Shown here in pieces: positions 10,708 to 20,748 of a DNA stretch of 64,000 nucleotides (positions within the stretch are counted from its first letter, which is position 1; the number at the start of each line of letters is the position of its first letter). The DNA is taken from the IMG/VR virus record IMGVR_UViG_3300030104_003613; one strand, given 5' to 3'. Both the position numbers and the translations under genes were made by a program. The notes under the pieces are model-generated. The model made no database searches. It was not told the DNA's origin and saw only the letters and a program-made list of their open reading frames with translations. The DNA comes from a virus.

Positions 10708-13700
10708 GAGAAGTTTTGTCCTCCGACTACTCCAAATAGTGATTGTCCGCCATCAAATGTCATGAATGAATAAATGTCAGTTGCTCCGGCAGACACAGTT
10801 ACGATTGGTAGCAGTCCGCTTGGGAACAGAACTGGTATGTCAGTTCCTCCCTGCGTTTTGAAGGTTGCGATTCCTACATTTCTAGCAGTTGAACCTTGTG
10901 TAATCTTAATGGTAAACGATTGTGCTGCGTTTGCTCTTACACCAACCAAAGTAAATTGAGTGATGTCTTCAATAGTAGTTAGGTTGAAAATCTGACCCCT
11001 TGAAAGGTCAACAGTAACAACGCCACTAGAACTTGAAAGTGAGGTGGAGATAGAGTAAACTGTTTGAATTCTTGCTCTACCATCGACATCAAGTTCAGTT
11101 GTAGGTGATGTAGAATTGATTCCAACACCATTAGATGTTGTGGTGATGATTGTTCCACTTGTTCCAACATTGATGTTAGTGGCGGTTAGCACACCAACGG
11201 TCACATTATGTGAGGAAGAATTTATATCAAAATCAGTTGCTGTAAATTTACCAGCAATGTTAACATCACCATCAAAACGAGCGGTGCTGATGAATTGAGC
11301 AGCATTCGCAACATAAAGGTCAGTAGTTCCTGTGCCTGCTGTACCGAGTTCTAAAGTATAAGTTCCACTTGGATTCTCGGTTCCAATACCAACATTAAGG
11401 TTATTAAGAGGATGAATTCCAGTACCAACACCACTAACACCCGTGAACAAACTATCATTTTGAAGATTAGTCAGACCAGAACCATCACCAGTAAAGGCAG
11501 TGGCAACAATAGAACCATCAAATCTTGACTCACCATTAACTCTGAATTTAAATCCGTTAGCAGTGGTTCCTACACCGACACCACCAGAATCAACACAGAA
11601 GAGTGAAGTTCCTGAACCAACTTTCAGAGTGCAGTCGCCAGGTGATGTGGTGGCAATTCCAACTTGATCAAACTTACCAACGTTTAATTTAGCATCAAGA
11701 CTAATAAATCCATATGGATGCCACTGATTGTCAGTGGTGTATATCCAACCAGATTTACCACCAGGAGAGGGAGCCGCCTTCCAAACTACATCACCAGCAG
11801 TTCCGGCAACTGTTGGAGTTGAAATACCAACTGTATACTTTCTTGATACGTTAGCAGAACCCTGTAAGAAGAAATTACCTGCTTCAAAGTCTCTTGAGAC
11901 AGTGACTTTACTATTGAACAAAACAGGTCCATCAAACTGTGAAAGCAGATTACCAGTTGTGCCACCCTCAACGTTCAGAGTATTACCAACGTTCATGTTG
12001 GTTGTTTCAAGGAAATCAACTGGTACATCTGTACCCAAAGCGGTAACATCCTCACCAGTGATAGAGGGAACTGGGGTATCAAATACCTCTTCTTTACCCG
12101 TGCTGGATGTAATTCTCTTGTTACCAATAAAGAAGTCACCCTGATCATTCATACCAGTAAAAACGTTAACACCGGCAGCGGTGTTCATTCTTTGAGAGTT
12201 AAGTTGTTCCGCCGAGTCAGGTTGACCAGATTGTTTAATAGGTAGAGCAGTTGAATAGTTGCCAGGACCGAATCCAAGATATTCAAATGTATGACCAGAT
12301 GCTCTTGTGTAAGATGGTCTTCTCAATTCTAGAGGAGCAACAACACCTCTAACGATAACAGAACCAGCGATGTGAGCTCTGGCTTGAGTATCAAATAATC
12401 CTCTGAATACCTTAACTGGGTTTCCAGTTACAGTGGTCTTGATTCTCATCATCTCATCATCAATTCTGATGTAGTCACCAATTTTCAGGTCAAAATCTGA
12501 TAGGTTGGTGATATTAATTTCATCAGTTGTCGCATTGGCGATGTCTGAAACCAGATTACAAGTCAGATTGTTGTAGACATTCAGAACTCTACCACCAAAG
12601 TTTTCATCATAGAGAGACAGAGCACCTGCTTGTGCTACAAGACCTGGTGGGAATGTTCTAATCGTACCTGATACAGAAGGTGTTGTAGATAACTTGCCAA
12701 AATTAGCAACAAATGTCGTCAGACCTACGACTTCTGTGACAGGTTTAGCACCATTATAAAAGTCCTCGGACGCTCCACCAATTACAATCTGGTTATTAGT
12801 TCTATAATTGTGGGCGGCAGATGTTGTGATAGTGCCAAGTCCAGTGATTCTATCATAAACAAGACTTGAAACCGTGATTGAAGGTCCAGTTAGACCAACG
12901 AAGGATATATTAGAAACCGTAGCACCAACACCAGAGGTAGAAGCACCATTGACTACGTTAAGAGATTCAACCTGAATCTCTTTGACTGTACTGATTCCAG
13001 TAACTCTATAAAGTTGATTATATCCTTTATATGAGAAAGATGTGATACCAGATATCCTGACGGTATCACCAACGTTATTGTAAATACTATCAACTCTCAA
13101 ACTACCAGCACTAAAACCAGTGGTGGTTGCCGTTCCTGATACAGTCAGAATATCACCAGATTGATAGTTGGTTCCAGCGTTCATGACTACCGCTGATGTC
13201 ATTTCGCCAGAAGCATTAACTGTAATTCTTGCTGTGGCATTTTGCCCAGTCGCTGAACCAGTTAGTGTGGCATTGTAAAGACTCTCACCACCTGTGCCGT
13301 TTCCATACCCAGAACCAGCGGCGTTAACAGAAACATTTGTAATTCTGTTAAATGAGTGGTCAACATCAGTGAAGATAGTGTGAGCAGTACCAGCAGAGTT
13401 TGATACAATATCGGTAATACCAGCACCGATTGATAGGTCATAAAGACCTCTATCCACTGTTGTTTTAGTAATGCTGTTTTGTACGTCATCAATAACAGTA
13501 GAACCCAGTTTCTCCGCAGGAGCGTAAGCGACAGCGGGTGGTGGATCAGAGTTGATGTTATCTCTATTATATTGCGGGAACAATCTCTGAATAGGTTGAG
13601 AGAATGCGAACTCGCTTCTATCAGTAAATGGTTCGATAGTTGGAGTTGAAGTGGCATCGACGATGGTCAAATAGTAAACACCATCTTGAACACCTGCCTT

Positions 13701-16571
13701 ATATTCTCTTACTGTCTCAATATCATAAACATAGTAGTTGTTAGGTGCTCTTAATCTCTTAAATGTAGGTAGATCAGTCGTTCTTAATGAGGTATTGTTA
13801 GTGAATGTTCCGGGGTCAGATACAGGTTCTTGAACTATGAAAACAGTAGAAGATGGAATATTGGCAACAGTGTATGTTTTGTTGTATCCAGAGTTTCCTA
13901 TACCAGTTGTGTTAATTGAACTAGTAATATTGTTTAATTGAACTAGTGAACCAAGGGTAAGACCATGGTCTCTTTCCGTAACAACAGTGATCAATCCAGC
14001 GTTGTAACTAGCAGATCTGATGAATCTGAAATTCCTCATTTCAGAGACATTGTTCATCGATACAGTCGTAGGACTATATTCAAGTTGAACTTCTGTGTTA
14101 GTGGACCCGGTTACATCATTAGATTCTTCAAGGACATAAGCGAGTCTTGGTGCTCTTGCTGATGTGATACCAGAAGCAGATGGGATAACATATCTAAACT
14201 TATAGTTTTTATCGGACAGACTTCTCGTATCTGACTGTCTTGTAATGTAAGTTCTTTGCGTGGCCTCACCCAGAAAAGTGGTTCCAAGACTTACAATGTT
14301 AGAATAGATGGTGTTCTCGGTTGAAGCACCACTTACATTGACATACCATTGTGTTTCAGTTGTATCATATTGAATAGGATGTCCGATACCATTTGTAATT
14401 TTATCACTTACACGACTTTCACACATGAGTGTGCCGCCGAGATTATTAATTGTAATCTCGTTACCGTCAAGTGCTTCATTCAATGAAGATGCGACCTTGA
14501 TTTGATCGGGATTCAGCGAACCACCAGTAACGGCAAAATATACCTTATTATTATCAATACCATCAGGCAATCTTGCGTTATCGGAGATAAATCTAATTGT
14601 TTCGCCTGTAGCAAACTGATGATTTTCAGTAAATGAGATAATGTTGGAGGTAATACTGTTACTTGTACCAACTCTGTTAACGGTTCTTCTCTTAATTGCT
14701 GTTGCTTCACCTCTGGTAGATTGAGCGGTATTCGGCATTACAATTCTTGCCGTCAACTCACGCTCAATGCCAGTTCCGTTTGTAGCAATACCAACTTTAA
14801 GTTGATCATTAACTTTGGCACCAATTCTATATCCTTGAAGAATACCAGGAGGAGGTGCTTGTAAATTATCTTGCTGATACAGATAGAGTCTGCTGGTGTT
14901 ACCAACAGAAACTGTTTTACTAACATCAATCTGCTGATACTCCAGATTAAATTCTTCTGTTGTAATCAGTCTAGGTGGGATAACGTGAGAAATGAATCCA
15001 ACGTCGTCCTGAAGGAATGCCTCATCTCTATATCCCTTCGATACAAGGGCATTTTGACCGAAGTTAGAATTAGAGTTGGTTACGGAGAAGTCACCCCCAC
15101 TTTCAGTGACAAACTGTTGGGCAAATCCAATCGCAAAGATTGAAACTAACTGACAAACAGAGTTGTTTGATGCCTTGATGTGGAAGTTATAGTATGCTGG
15201 TTTATAAGTGGCATCACCATCACTATGAATATTATCTACACTTGTGCTATCAAGGAATGATCCACTCGCAGCATCATACTTAACAAAAGCATTATCATCT
15301 TTTTGGAGGGACACAGCAGTGAACTGAGCCACGACCATTGATTTAAATCCATCTGCCTTATTACCGTCAGCATGCATCCCGCACATGCCGAAGACAGAAC
15401 GAAGCGAGATATTAAAAATATAGGGAGAAGCAGATGTTACAGTATCTGTATCCAGTTCAACAGTTGCAGAAGCAGGGGTAATTAGAGCACTCGTAGGCAG
15501 TTCTGCTGTATTATAGGTAAATTGTGTGATATTGCCGTTATTATCAACAGCGTTTACACCAGTGACAATGAAAGTACCATTATAGGCAGCATCTGTTGAT
15601 CCATTAATTTGAATCGCTGTATCAACGTTTAAACCTTCAAGTCCTTCGTTTAGAGTAACAACGGCAGCCTTTGTTGCTGTTGTTCCATCGCCAGACAGGA
15701 TACTTGTAATTCCAACTGAACCACCGGATGGTCCAACAATACGATATTCATCAATCTTGGGTTGAATATCAAGACCAGAAGATGGGAAGTCGGGTTGAAT
15801 TGTCCTACCAGAGGCAGGTCCATAAGCAAGACCTACTTTCTCATAATACATTTCAAGATCAGTTCTCGTAAATGTAGTGTTTACGATAAATGAGTCATTA
15901 ATATAGACATTATTTCTACCATCAGCATACTCAAAACAAGTCAGTTTGTGGTGAGAGAAGTTAGGAACAAACTCTGCGTCAGTGTAGTTCTTGTAAACAG
16001 TTCCAGTTGGATCACCATCAAAGATAGTGAATTGCCAGAAATATGTTGCGCCAGTAACACGGAAAATCGATGTTCTTGCGATATTATCATTAGTCGGATC
16101 AGGCACATATAAGGGTCTGATCTTGGTTTTACGAAGATCTTGTCCAACAATAGATGTACCACGGGGAATGATTACACCGCCGTGAACACTATTCAGTTTA
16201 TAAAGGTCATTTGTAGATGATTTTACATCAAAGTTAGATGCTGTATTAAATGGAGTGAAGTCAGATGATACAACTCCATTTCTTAATAGGTAATTTGTGC
16301 CATCTTCTGGAATCCACCCAGGTCTATTATCAACATAGTGCTCACCAGGGGACAACATAATCGTTGTCTTACCAAATCTATCGTTATCTAATCCTGCCTG
16401 ATATGAAAATCTTGCTGCTTCAATAAGTGCCCTTTGAATCGTAACAAAGGGTTTTGCCATCGAATTGCCCTGATTTGTTACGTCATCAGTGGCATCCAAA
16501 TCGTTTGGATTGACGTATATAATGTTTCCACGAACATTCTTCAAAAAGTTATCTAAACGGGATAACGGCAT
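10704..16571 (-). CDS. Very large virion structural / tail fibre protein (1955 aa)
   Basis: MPLSRLDNFLKN..PFVTIQRALIEAARFSY N-terminus typical of large cyanomyovirus structural proteins; fibre repeats toward the C-terminus. Confidence 0.8.
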   Translation of the reverse strand: MPLSRLDNFLKNVRGNIIYVNPNDLDATDDVTNQGNSMAKPFVTIQRALIEAARFSYQAGLDNDRFGKTTIMLSPGEHYVDNRPGWIPEDGTNYLLRNGVVSSDFTPFNTASNFDVKSSTNDLYKLNSVHGGVIIPRGTSIVGQDLRKTKIRPLYVPDPTNDNIARTSIFRVTGATYFWQFTIFDGDPTGTVYKNYTDAEFVPNFSHHKLTCFEYADGRNNVYINDSFIVNTTFTRTDLEMYYEKVGLAYGPASGRTIQPDFPSSGLDIQPKIDEYRIVGPSGGSVGITSILSGDGTTATKAAVVTLNEGLEGLNVDTAIQINGSTDAAYNGTFIVTGVNAVDNNGNITQFTYNTAELPTSALITPASATVELDTDTVTSASPYIFNISLRSVFGMCGMHADGNKADGFKSMVVAQFTAVSLQKDDNAFVKYDAASGSFLDSTSVDNIHSDGDATYKPAYYNFHIKASNNSVCQLVSIFAIGFAQQFVTESGGDFSVTNSNSNFGQNALVSKGYRDEAFLQDDVGFISHVIPPRLITTEEFNLEYQQIDVSKTVSVGNTSRLYLYQQDNLQAPPPGILQGYRIGAKVNDQLKVGIATNGTGIERELTARIVMPNTAQSTRGEATAIKRRTVNRVGTSNSITSNIISFTENHQFATGETIRFISDNARLPDGIDNNKVYFAVTGGSLNPDQIKVASSLNEALDGNEITINNLGGTLMCESRVSDKITNGIGHPIQYDTTETQWYVNVSGASTENTIYSNIVSLGTTFLGEATQRTYITRQSDTRSLSDKNYKFRYVIPSASGITSARAPRLAYVLEESNDVTGSTNTEVQLEYSPTTVSMNNVSEMRNFRFIRSASYNAGLITVVTERDHGLTLGSLVQLNNITSSINTTGIGNSGYNKTYTVANIPSSTVFIVQEPVSDPGTFTNNTSLRTTDLPTFKRLRAPNNYYVYDIETVREYKAGVQDGVYYLTIVDATSTPTIEPFTDRSEFAFSQPIQRLFPQYNRDNINSDPPPAVAYAPAEKLGSTVIDDVQNSITKTTVDRGLYDLSIGAGITDIVSNSAGTAHTIFTDVDHSFNRITNVSVNAAGSGYGNGTGGESLYNATLTGSATGQNATARITVNASGEMTSAVVMNAGTNYQSGDILTVSGTATTTGFSAGSLRVDSIYNNVGDTVRISGITSFSYKGYNQLYRVTGISTVKEIQVESLNVVNGASTSGVGATVSNISFVGLTGPSITVSSLVYDRITGLGTITTSAAHNYRTNNQIVIGGASEDFYNGAKPVTEVVGLTTFVANFGKLSTTPSVSGTIRTFPPGLVAQAGALSLYDENFGGRVLNVYNNLTCNLVSDIANATTDEINITNLSDFDLKIGDYIRIDDEMMRIKTTVTGNPVKVFRGLFDTQARAHIAGSVIVRGVVAPLELRRPSYTRASGHTFEYLGFGPGNYSTALPIKQSGQPDSAEQLNSQRMNTAAGVNVFTGMNDQGDFFIGNKRITSSTGKEEVFDTPVPSITGEDVTALGTDVPVDFLETTNMNVGNTLNVEGGTTGNLLSQFDGPVLFNSKVTVSRDFEAGNFFLQGSANVSRKYTVGISTPTVAGTAGDVVWKAAPSPGGKSGWIYTTDNQWHPYGFISLDAKLNVGKFDQVGIATTSPGDCTLKVGSGTSLFCVDSGGVGVGTTANGFKFRVNGESRFDGSIVATAFTGDGSGLTNLQNDSLFTGVSGVGTGIHPLNNLNVGIGTENPSGTYTLELGTAGTGTTDLYVANAAQFISTARFDGDVNIAGKFTATDFDINSSSHNVTVGVLTATNINVGTSGTIITTTSNGVGINSTSPTTELDVDGRARIQTVYSISTSLSSSSGVVTVDLSRGQIFNLTTIEDITQFTLVGVRANAAQSFTIKITQGSTARNVGIATFKTQGGTDIPVLFPSGLLPIVTVSAGATDIYSFMTFDGGQSLFGVVGGQNFS

Positions 16572-16616
16572 CTTCTTCGCACACGATATCTATTATGACT
16601 TATTTATCCAATAGGA

Positions 16617-16640
16617 AAACCCCCAACGAGTCGGGGGTTT
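16617..16640 (-). terminator. Rho-independent terminator
   Basis: Minus strand AAACCCCCGA-CTCG-TTGGGGGTTT, with a short T-tract, downstream of the early island. Confidence 0.55.
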
Positions 16641-16665
16641 AGCACTTCCTTCACACCTTTATATA

Positions 16666-16851
16666 TTAACTCCTTTTCTCTTTTTCGTCAAGTATATATT
16701 CTACCGTGCTTGCTACATCATTCATAGCAATCCTCAAATCGGGTCTTTGTCCTGAATGTTGTTCAGTATGTATCTCCCCATTTCTCCACTCTTCCACCAA
16801 TGTCCAACGCCATTGACTCATTCCTTCACAATACCACAGATTGATTTTCAT
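16666..16851 (-). CDS. Conserved cyanophage hypothetical protein
   Basis: MKINLWYC..QWRWTL..HSGQRPDLR.AM.DVA.TVEY. Confidence 0.7.
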   Translation of the reverse strand: MKINLWYCEGMSQWRWTLVEEWRNGEIHTEQHSGQRPDLRIAMNDVASTVEYILDEKEKRS

Positions 16852-16865
16852 CTTTTTAAATTATA

Positions 16866-16938
16866 TAGCGGTGATGGGAGTCGAACCCACACTGTAAAGA
16901 TTTTAAGTCTTCTGTCTCTGCCATTGGACTACACCGCC
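16866..16938 (-). tRNA. trnL: tRNA-Leu(UAA), 73 nt, short variable loop, CCA not encoded
   Basis: GGCGGTG TA GTCC AATGGCAG AGAC A GAAGA CT-TAA-AA TCTTT ACAGT GTGGG TTCGACT CCCAT CACCGCT A folds as a cloverleaf; discriminator A73. Confidence 0.9.
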
Positions 16939-16941
16939 AAA

Positions 16942-17094
16942 TCATTCTTCCCATGTAGGAGGATTTAGACGGCAATATTCGCTAAACGTTATCTTCATCT
17001 CCTTTTGCGTCAGACCACAGTTCTTCGCTGCCCTTGGTAAGTTCCACTTCGCAGCGAATAACATTTCCATAGATTGTCGGGTTTCTGGTCTCAT
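16942..17094 (-). CDS. Small cyanophage hypothetical protein (50 aa)
   Basis: Hand translation MRPETRQSMEMLFAAKWNLPRAAKNCGLTQKEMKITFSEYCRLNPPTWEE; ends just before the tRNA. Confidence 0.65.
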   Translation of the reverse strand: MRPETRQSMEMLFAAKWNLPRAAKNCGLTQKEMKITFSEYCRLNPPTWEE

Positions 17095-17201
17095 ATTTGT
17101 AACATTCAAGGATTTCTCTGTATAGATCGGGTGAGTAGCGATTCATAAAAAAGTAATAGGGGTCAAAAATTTGCTGGGATAATTTTCGACCAAAAATGAA
17201 A

Positions 17202-17453
17202 CTAAAAGTCGGATTTCCCCAGGGGTGCGACCAGTGGATCAGTATACACAACCATGTCATCATCAACCACAGCACGGACTAATTCAAGCACGTCCATGAA
17301 CTGGTCAACCTCCTCGCATCCAACCTCACGTTTCTGTCCAGTGTTGGAGTACATGTAGAAGGTACGAGCGCAAGTGTCCACAACGATCCGAGTCAGATAC
17401 TCGTCATCATCATTATCACAAAGATAATCATCGCGTTGGGGTTTGGAGGTCAT
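17202..17453 (-). CDS. Cyanophage hypothetical protein
   Basis: 83-aa acidic ORF with a GAGG RBS, directly behind a sigma70 promoter. Confidence 0.7.
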   Translation of the reverse strand: MTSKPQRDDYLCDNDDDEYLTRIVVDTCARTFYMYSNTGQKREVGCEEVDQFMDVLELVRAVVDDDMVVYTDPLVAPLGKSDF

Positions 17454-17474
17454 AGGTTTCTTGAAGACCTCTTT

Positions 17475-17519
17475 AGTATAGGGCAGAGTGGGGGCAGAGT
17501 CAAGGGCAGTGTGCCAGTT
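17475..17519 (-). promoter_or_regulatory. Sigma70-type early promoter
   Basis: TTGACT-17nt-TATACT, with an upstream AACTGGCAC element. Confidence 0.7.
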
Positions 17520-18590
17520 CTACGATTGGAAGGCGGGATTCTTAAGGATGTCAATGGCAGAATTGTTAGCATTGATGGTTGCCTGACTATTAACATTAGT
17601 TTTTGCGAGAACCCATTGATTGACAGCAAAACTATATCGCATTTCCTTTATAGTGGCACCAGCACCAACAAACGATTGAATACCTGTTGTTGGACTTGAA
17701 CCACGCAAAGCATCAATGACAGCACAAGAAGCTCCAATGGCAGCATTGTTTGTACTCACAGTGTACACATCACCTAATAATGTAAATGAATCATCAGTGT
17801 ACGGGAAACTATCATAAGTCCCTTGAATCGAATTGCGATAATAAGTTTGACCAGAACCTGTGCCAGAGGTAGTGCTATTCAGAATTTTAAATTGTGGATT
17901 GGCTATTGGACTTTGTTCTGCGGGATTGGGTGGGTGTAGTGATGGATAAAATAGAACAATAACATTGTCAGCATAAACCTCACCAGAGGCAGCATATTGA
18001 AAACTTCCAGCATCTCCAAATTTAACGCCACCACCGTAAATCACTCCGCTGATGCTTCCACTCACGTCTTGAATATCAATAGCAACGTCTACACCTATTC
18101 CCCCCGAAGCAGCAAATAGAACAGTGCCTGTTCCCTCACCGTCAGATGTGATAGCCATACCAACAGTCGCAGAGATTCCCTCTGTATTAGCAGCACCAAG
18201 AATTGTTACTTGTGTAATAACCTGCCTTGTCGATATGACACCATCATTATCAGCAGGAGCACCGTAAAGAGATTCTAATGCCGAGATAGCAGCACTACTA
18301 CTACCGTAATACTGTATATTGCTAGATGCTTCGGTGTAACCACCAAAAGTTAGAATATTATTCTTTGCTGCCAGGATAGGATCTAGAAATTCCTCTCTTG
18401 TTTTCCGATCAATTGTATCGACTGCTTGAGATAGGTTATCATATCTAAATGAATTAACACCCAGAGTGTCAAATTCACCTGCGACTTCAAACTTTTGATT
18501 TAGAGATAAATTTGTTGCTTGAATTAGACCAACCGATTTTGAATACTCACCGGCAGATCTATCTTCATAAGTGGTTACACCGAATGACAT
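17520..18590 (-). CDS. Virion/baseplate-associated hypothetical protein
   Basis: 356-aa ORF translationally coupled to the end of the gp5 module. Confidence 0.6.
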   Translation of the reverse strand: MSFGVTTYEDRSAGEYSKSVGLIQATNLSLNQKFEVAGEFDTLGVNSFRYDNLSQAVDTIDRKTREEFLDPILAAKNNILTFGGYTEASSNIQYYGSSSAAISALESLYGAPADNDGVISTRQVITQVTILGAANTEGISATVGMAITSDGEGTGTVLFAASGGIGVDVAIDIQDVSGSISGVIYGGGVKFGDAGSFQYAASGEVYADNVIVLFYPSLHPPNPAEQSPIANPQFKILNSTTSGTGSGQTYYRNSIQGTYDSFPYTDDSFTLLGDVYTVSTNNAAIGASCAVIDALRGSSPTTGIQSFVGAGATIKEMRYSFAVNQWVLAKTNVNSQATINANNSAIDILKNPAFQS

Positions 18591-19471
18591 TAGTTTTCTC
18601 TCCTATCATAATTGTATCCAGCGATTGAGAAGTGTGAGTTATCTCCTGGATAATCAGCAGGTGTTTCACCTTCATATTCAACTTGAAGTTTTTCTTCATA
18701 TTGTCTAGCAGCCCACACCTGATAGAAGCATTTAATCGGACCTCCAGCACTATTCTTGACAATTACATTTTTACCCCATTGAATATCTTCCACAAATAGT
18801 TCTTGATGAGATCCAATTGGGGTAAGATGAACACTGATACTTTCTATATCAACCAGACCATCCCAGTAATCAGGGAGTTTTAGAAGTTCACCCTCCATTT
18901 TACCTCTGATATAGATTGGACCATCCTCTGGACCTTCCACACAAATATGTCTTAATCTATGTCCCTCTTTGTTGGGGTGTGAGATATCAAATCCTTTACT
19001 AGAAGCAGGAAGTTTGCTGTTGATTGCCGCCGCCATATCACCCACACCTGTAAGTGACATTGATCCATTAAAAACAAATGGACCCTCATTACAAACTAAA
19101 GCTCCATTTGCTACTATGTTTCCAACTGCCAGAATATCTCCACTCACATTCGTTTGTTTGGCAAAGACATTAAGAACAGGAATGTTACCATACGATGCTT
19201 CAAGTGTCATCATCGCAGTGCTCACACTGTCGCAATGAAATCCAACGTAATTGAATTCATTATTATAAAGGTAAGCTCCTAGATTCGCGTTCTTGAATGA
19301 GAAATCACCAGGAACTAATGTATGCCAAGCTCCTTCTTTGGAAGCAGTATCATAGTTGTAGTTTAGAGATTCAAACTGTGGACCAGCAAAGGTTCCAAAG
19401 TTTTCAAATCTAAATGGAAGTGTTCCCTCTCCTGTTGGTTGAGGATATTTCCATAAACCTTCCCATGCCAT
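18590..19471 (-). CDS. Baseplate spike-associated protein with C-terminal chaperone-like domain
   Basis: Short beta-repeats followed by FDISHP..RLRHICVEGPE..YIRG. Confidence 0.6.
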   Translation of the reverse strand: MAWEGLWKYPQPTGEGTLPFRFENFGTFAGPQFESLNYNYDTASKEGAWHTLVPGDFSFKNANLGAYLYNNEFNYVGFHCDSVSTAMMTLEASYGNIPVLNVFAKQTNVSGDILAVGNIVANGALVCNEGPFVFNGSMSLTGVGDMAAAINSKLPASSKGFDISHPNKEGHRLRHICVEGPEDGPIYIRGKMEGELLKLPDYWDGLVDIESISVHLTPIGSHQELFVEDIQWGKNVIVKNSAGGPIKCFYQVWAARQYEEKLQVEYEGETPADYPGDNSHFSIAGYNYDRREN

Positions 19472-20151
19472 TATGAATTGATCTCCGTTACTAATTTGGG
19501 TACGTCTTTTCTTTCAGCAAAGATATGATAGAAGCAATCAATAGGGAGACCACCTCTCCCCTGAACAACGACTTGATTATTCGTGATCCTTTTGACGTGA
19601 AGACCTTGATCAGAACCATTTCCTGTCAGAGATACTGTAATAGAAGTAGGATCAACCAAGTCTCTCCATACTGGTGGCAATTCAATAGTATCTTTGTGCT
19701 TCAAGTGTCCTCTCACATAAACAGAATTCTCTGGTCCTTCAAGACAAGCATAGACTAATGTCTTACCTTTCTCTGATGGATGTGGGATAGCAAAGTTCTT
19801 AACTTTTGCCATCAAAATCTCTGTATAGATTATTTTACTCTTAATTACCCTAGTTGTAAAGAGTAAGTCAACTTTTAAGAATGATTTAATTCTAGCAAAT
19901 GATGTGGCAAAGAAAGCATAAAAAGGAGGAGTCTTCATCTCAATGTTGGCACTCTGACCTGCCATCATTGAACCTAGTTCAAATGGGTTACCCGATCCAG
20001 CAGCACCAGGAAACTGTGAGGGATCTCCTACCATCTCTGGTCCCTCAACGTAAGCAGTTCCTCTAACCTGTGTTGGTCCACGACCAAATACTTCTGGTTT
20101 ACCTGCTCCGCAAATGAATTGTTTACCGCAATAAAGATCTGGTGTCTTCAT
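19471..20151 (-). CDS. Paralogue of the adjacent spike-associated protein
   Basis: FAIPHP..LVYACLEGPE..YVRG..CFYHIFAERKD. Confidence 0.6.
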   Translation of the reverse strand: MKTPDLYCGKQFICGAGKPEVFGRGPTQVRGTAYVEGPEMVGDPSQFPGAAGSGNPFELGSMMAGQSANIEMKTPPFYAFFATSFARIKSFLKVDLLFTTRVIKSKIIYTEILMAKVKNFAIPHPSEKGKTLVYACLEGPENSVYVRGHLKHKDTIELPPVWRDLVDPTSITVSLTGNGSDQGLHVKRITNNQVVVQGRGGLPIDCFYHIFAERKDVPKLVTEINS

Positions 20152-20155
20152 AGTT

Positions 20156-20746
20156 TTATTCTAGTTTGTTCTTGGTTTCGTTTGCCGATCCACCTTTGGA
20201 TCCAAGACTGGTCTTGGATGTGGCAGCAGAATCAGCACAGTCAATCATCCCACCGTATATATTTAACACCTGCCTACCGATACAATCAACTGTCCCTTCG
20301 GAAAATACTTTACAACTAACCTTTGCTTTAATATCAACGATTTGACCGGCATCAAGAATAATTTTCTCATTAGCAGACAGGTCAATCACACCATTCTCAC
20401 CATCAAAACCAGAGGCATTGATGTCTACATTCTGTCCTTCAATTCTGACACGACCACTAGGTGCTCTCAATACGAGGTCACCACTCACTGCCTCAATATA
20501 GACACCAGGAATATCCTTTGGGCAATTATCCCCTGCTCTAATCTGAAATGATCCAGGTGCCCTACAAATGGTGCCATCTTTACGATGGTCATCACCAGTT
20601 CTGGTCATCTCAATGTAATGAGTGTAATTGTAGAAATTACGAAGAAGAACAGCAGCAATCTCATTGTCAGCAGTAAGATGACCAAACTTTATTTCGCCAT
20701 CTTTTGTTCCATATCTTAGCTGTTCATAATTAATCTTTTGAGACAT
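20156..20746 (-). CDS. gp5 C-terminal beta-helix-like protein
   Basis: Short repeated beta-strands (GDLVLRA..GRVRIEG.NVDINA); directly downstream of gp5. Confidence 0.55.
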   Translation of the reverse strand: MSQKINYEQLRYGTKDGEIKFGHLTADNEIAAVLLRNFYNYTHYIEMTRTGDDHRKDGTICRAPGSFQIRAGDNCPKDIPGVYIEAVSGDLVLRAPSGRVRIEGQNVDINASGFDGENGVIDLSANEKIILDAGQIVDIKAKVSCKVFSEGTVDCIGRQVLNIYGGMIDCADSAATSKTSLGSKGGSANETKNKLE

Positions 20747-20748
20747 TA

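Noticed and set aside
2-16571. Diversity-generating retroelement or invertible fibre cassette
   Set aside because: No reverse transcriptase, recombinase or near-identical template/variable repeat pair was noticed by eye; a self-alignment would be needed to exclude it fully.
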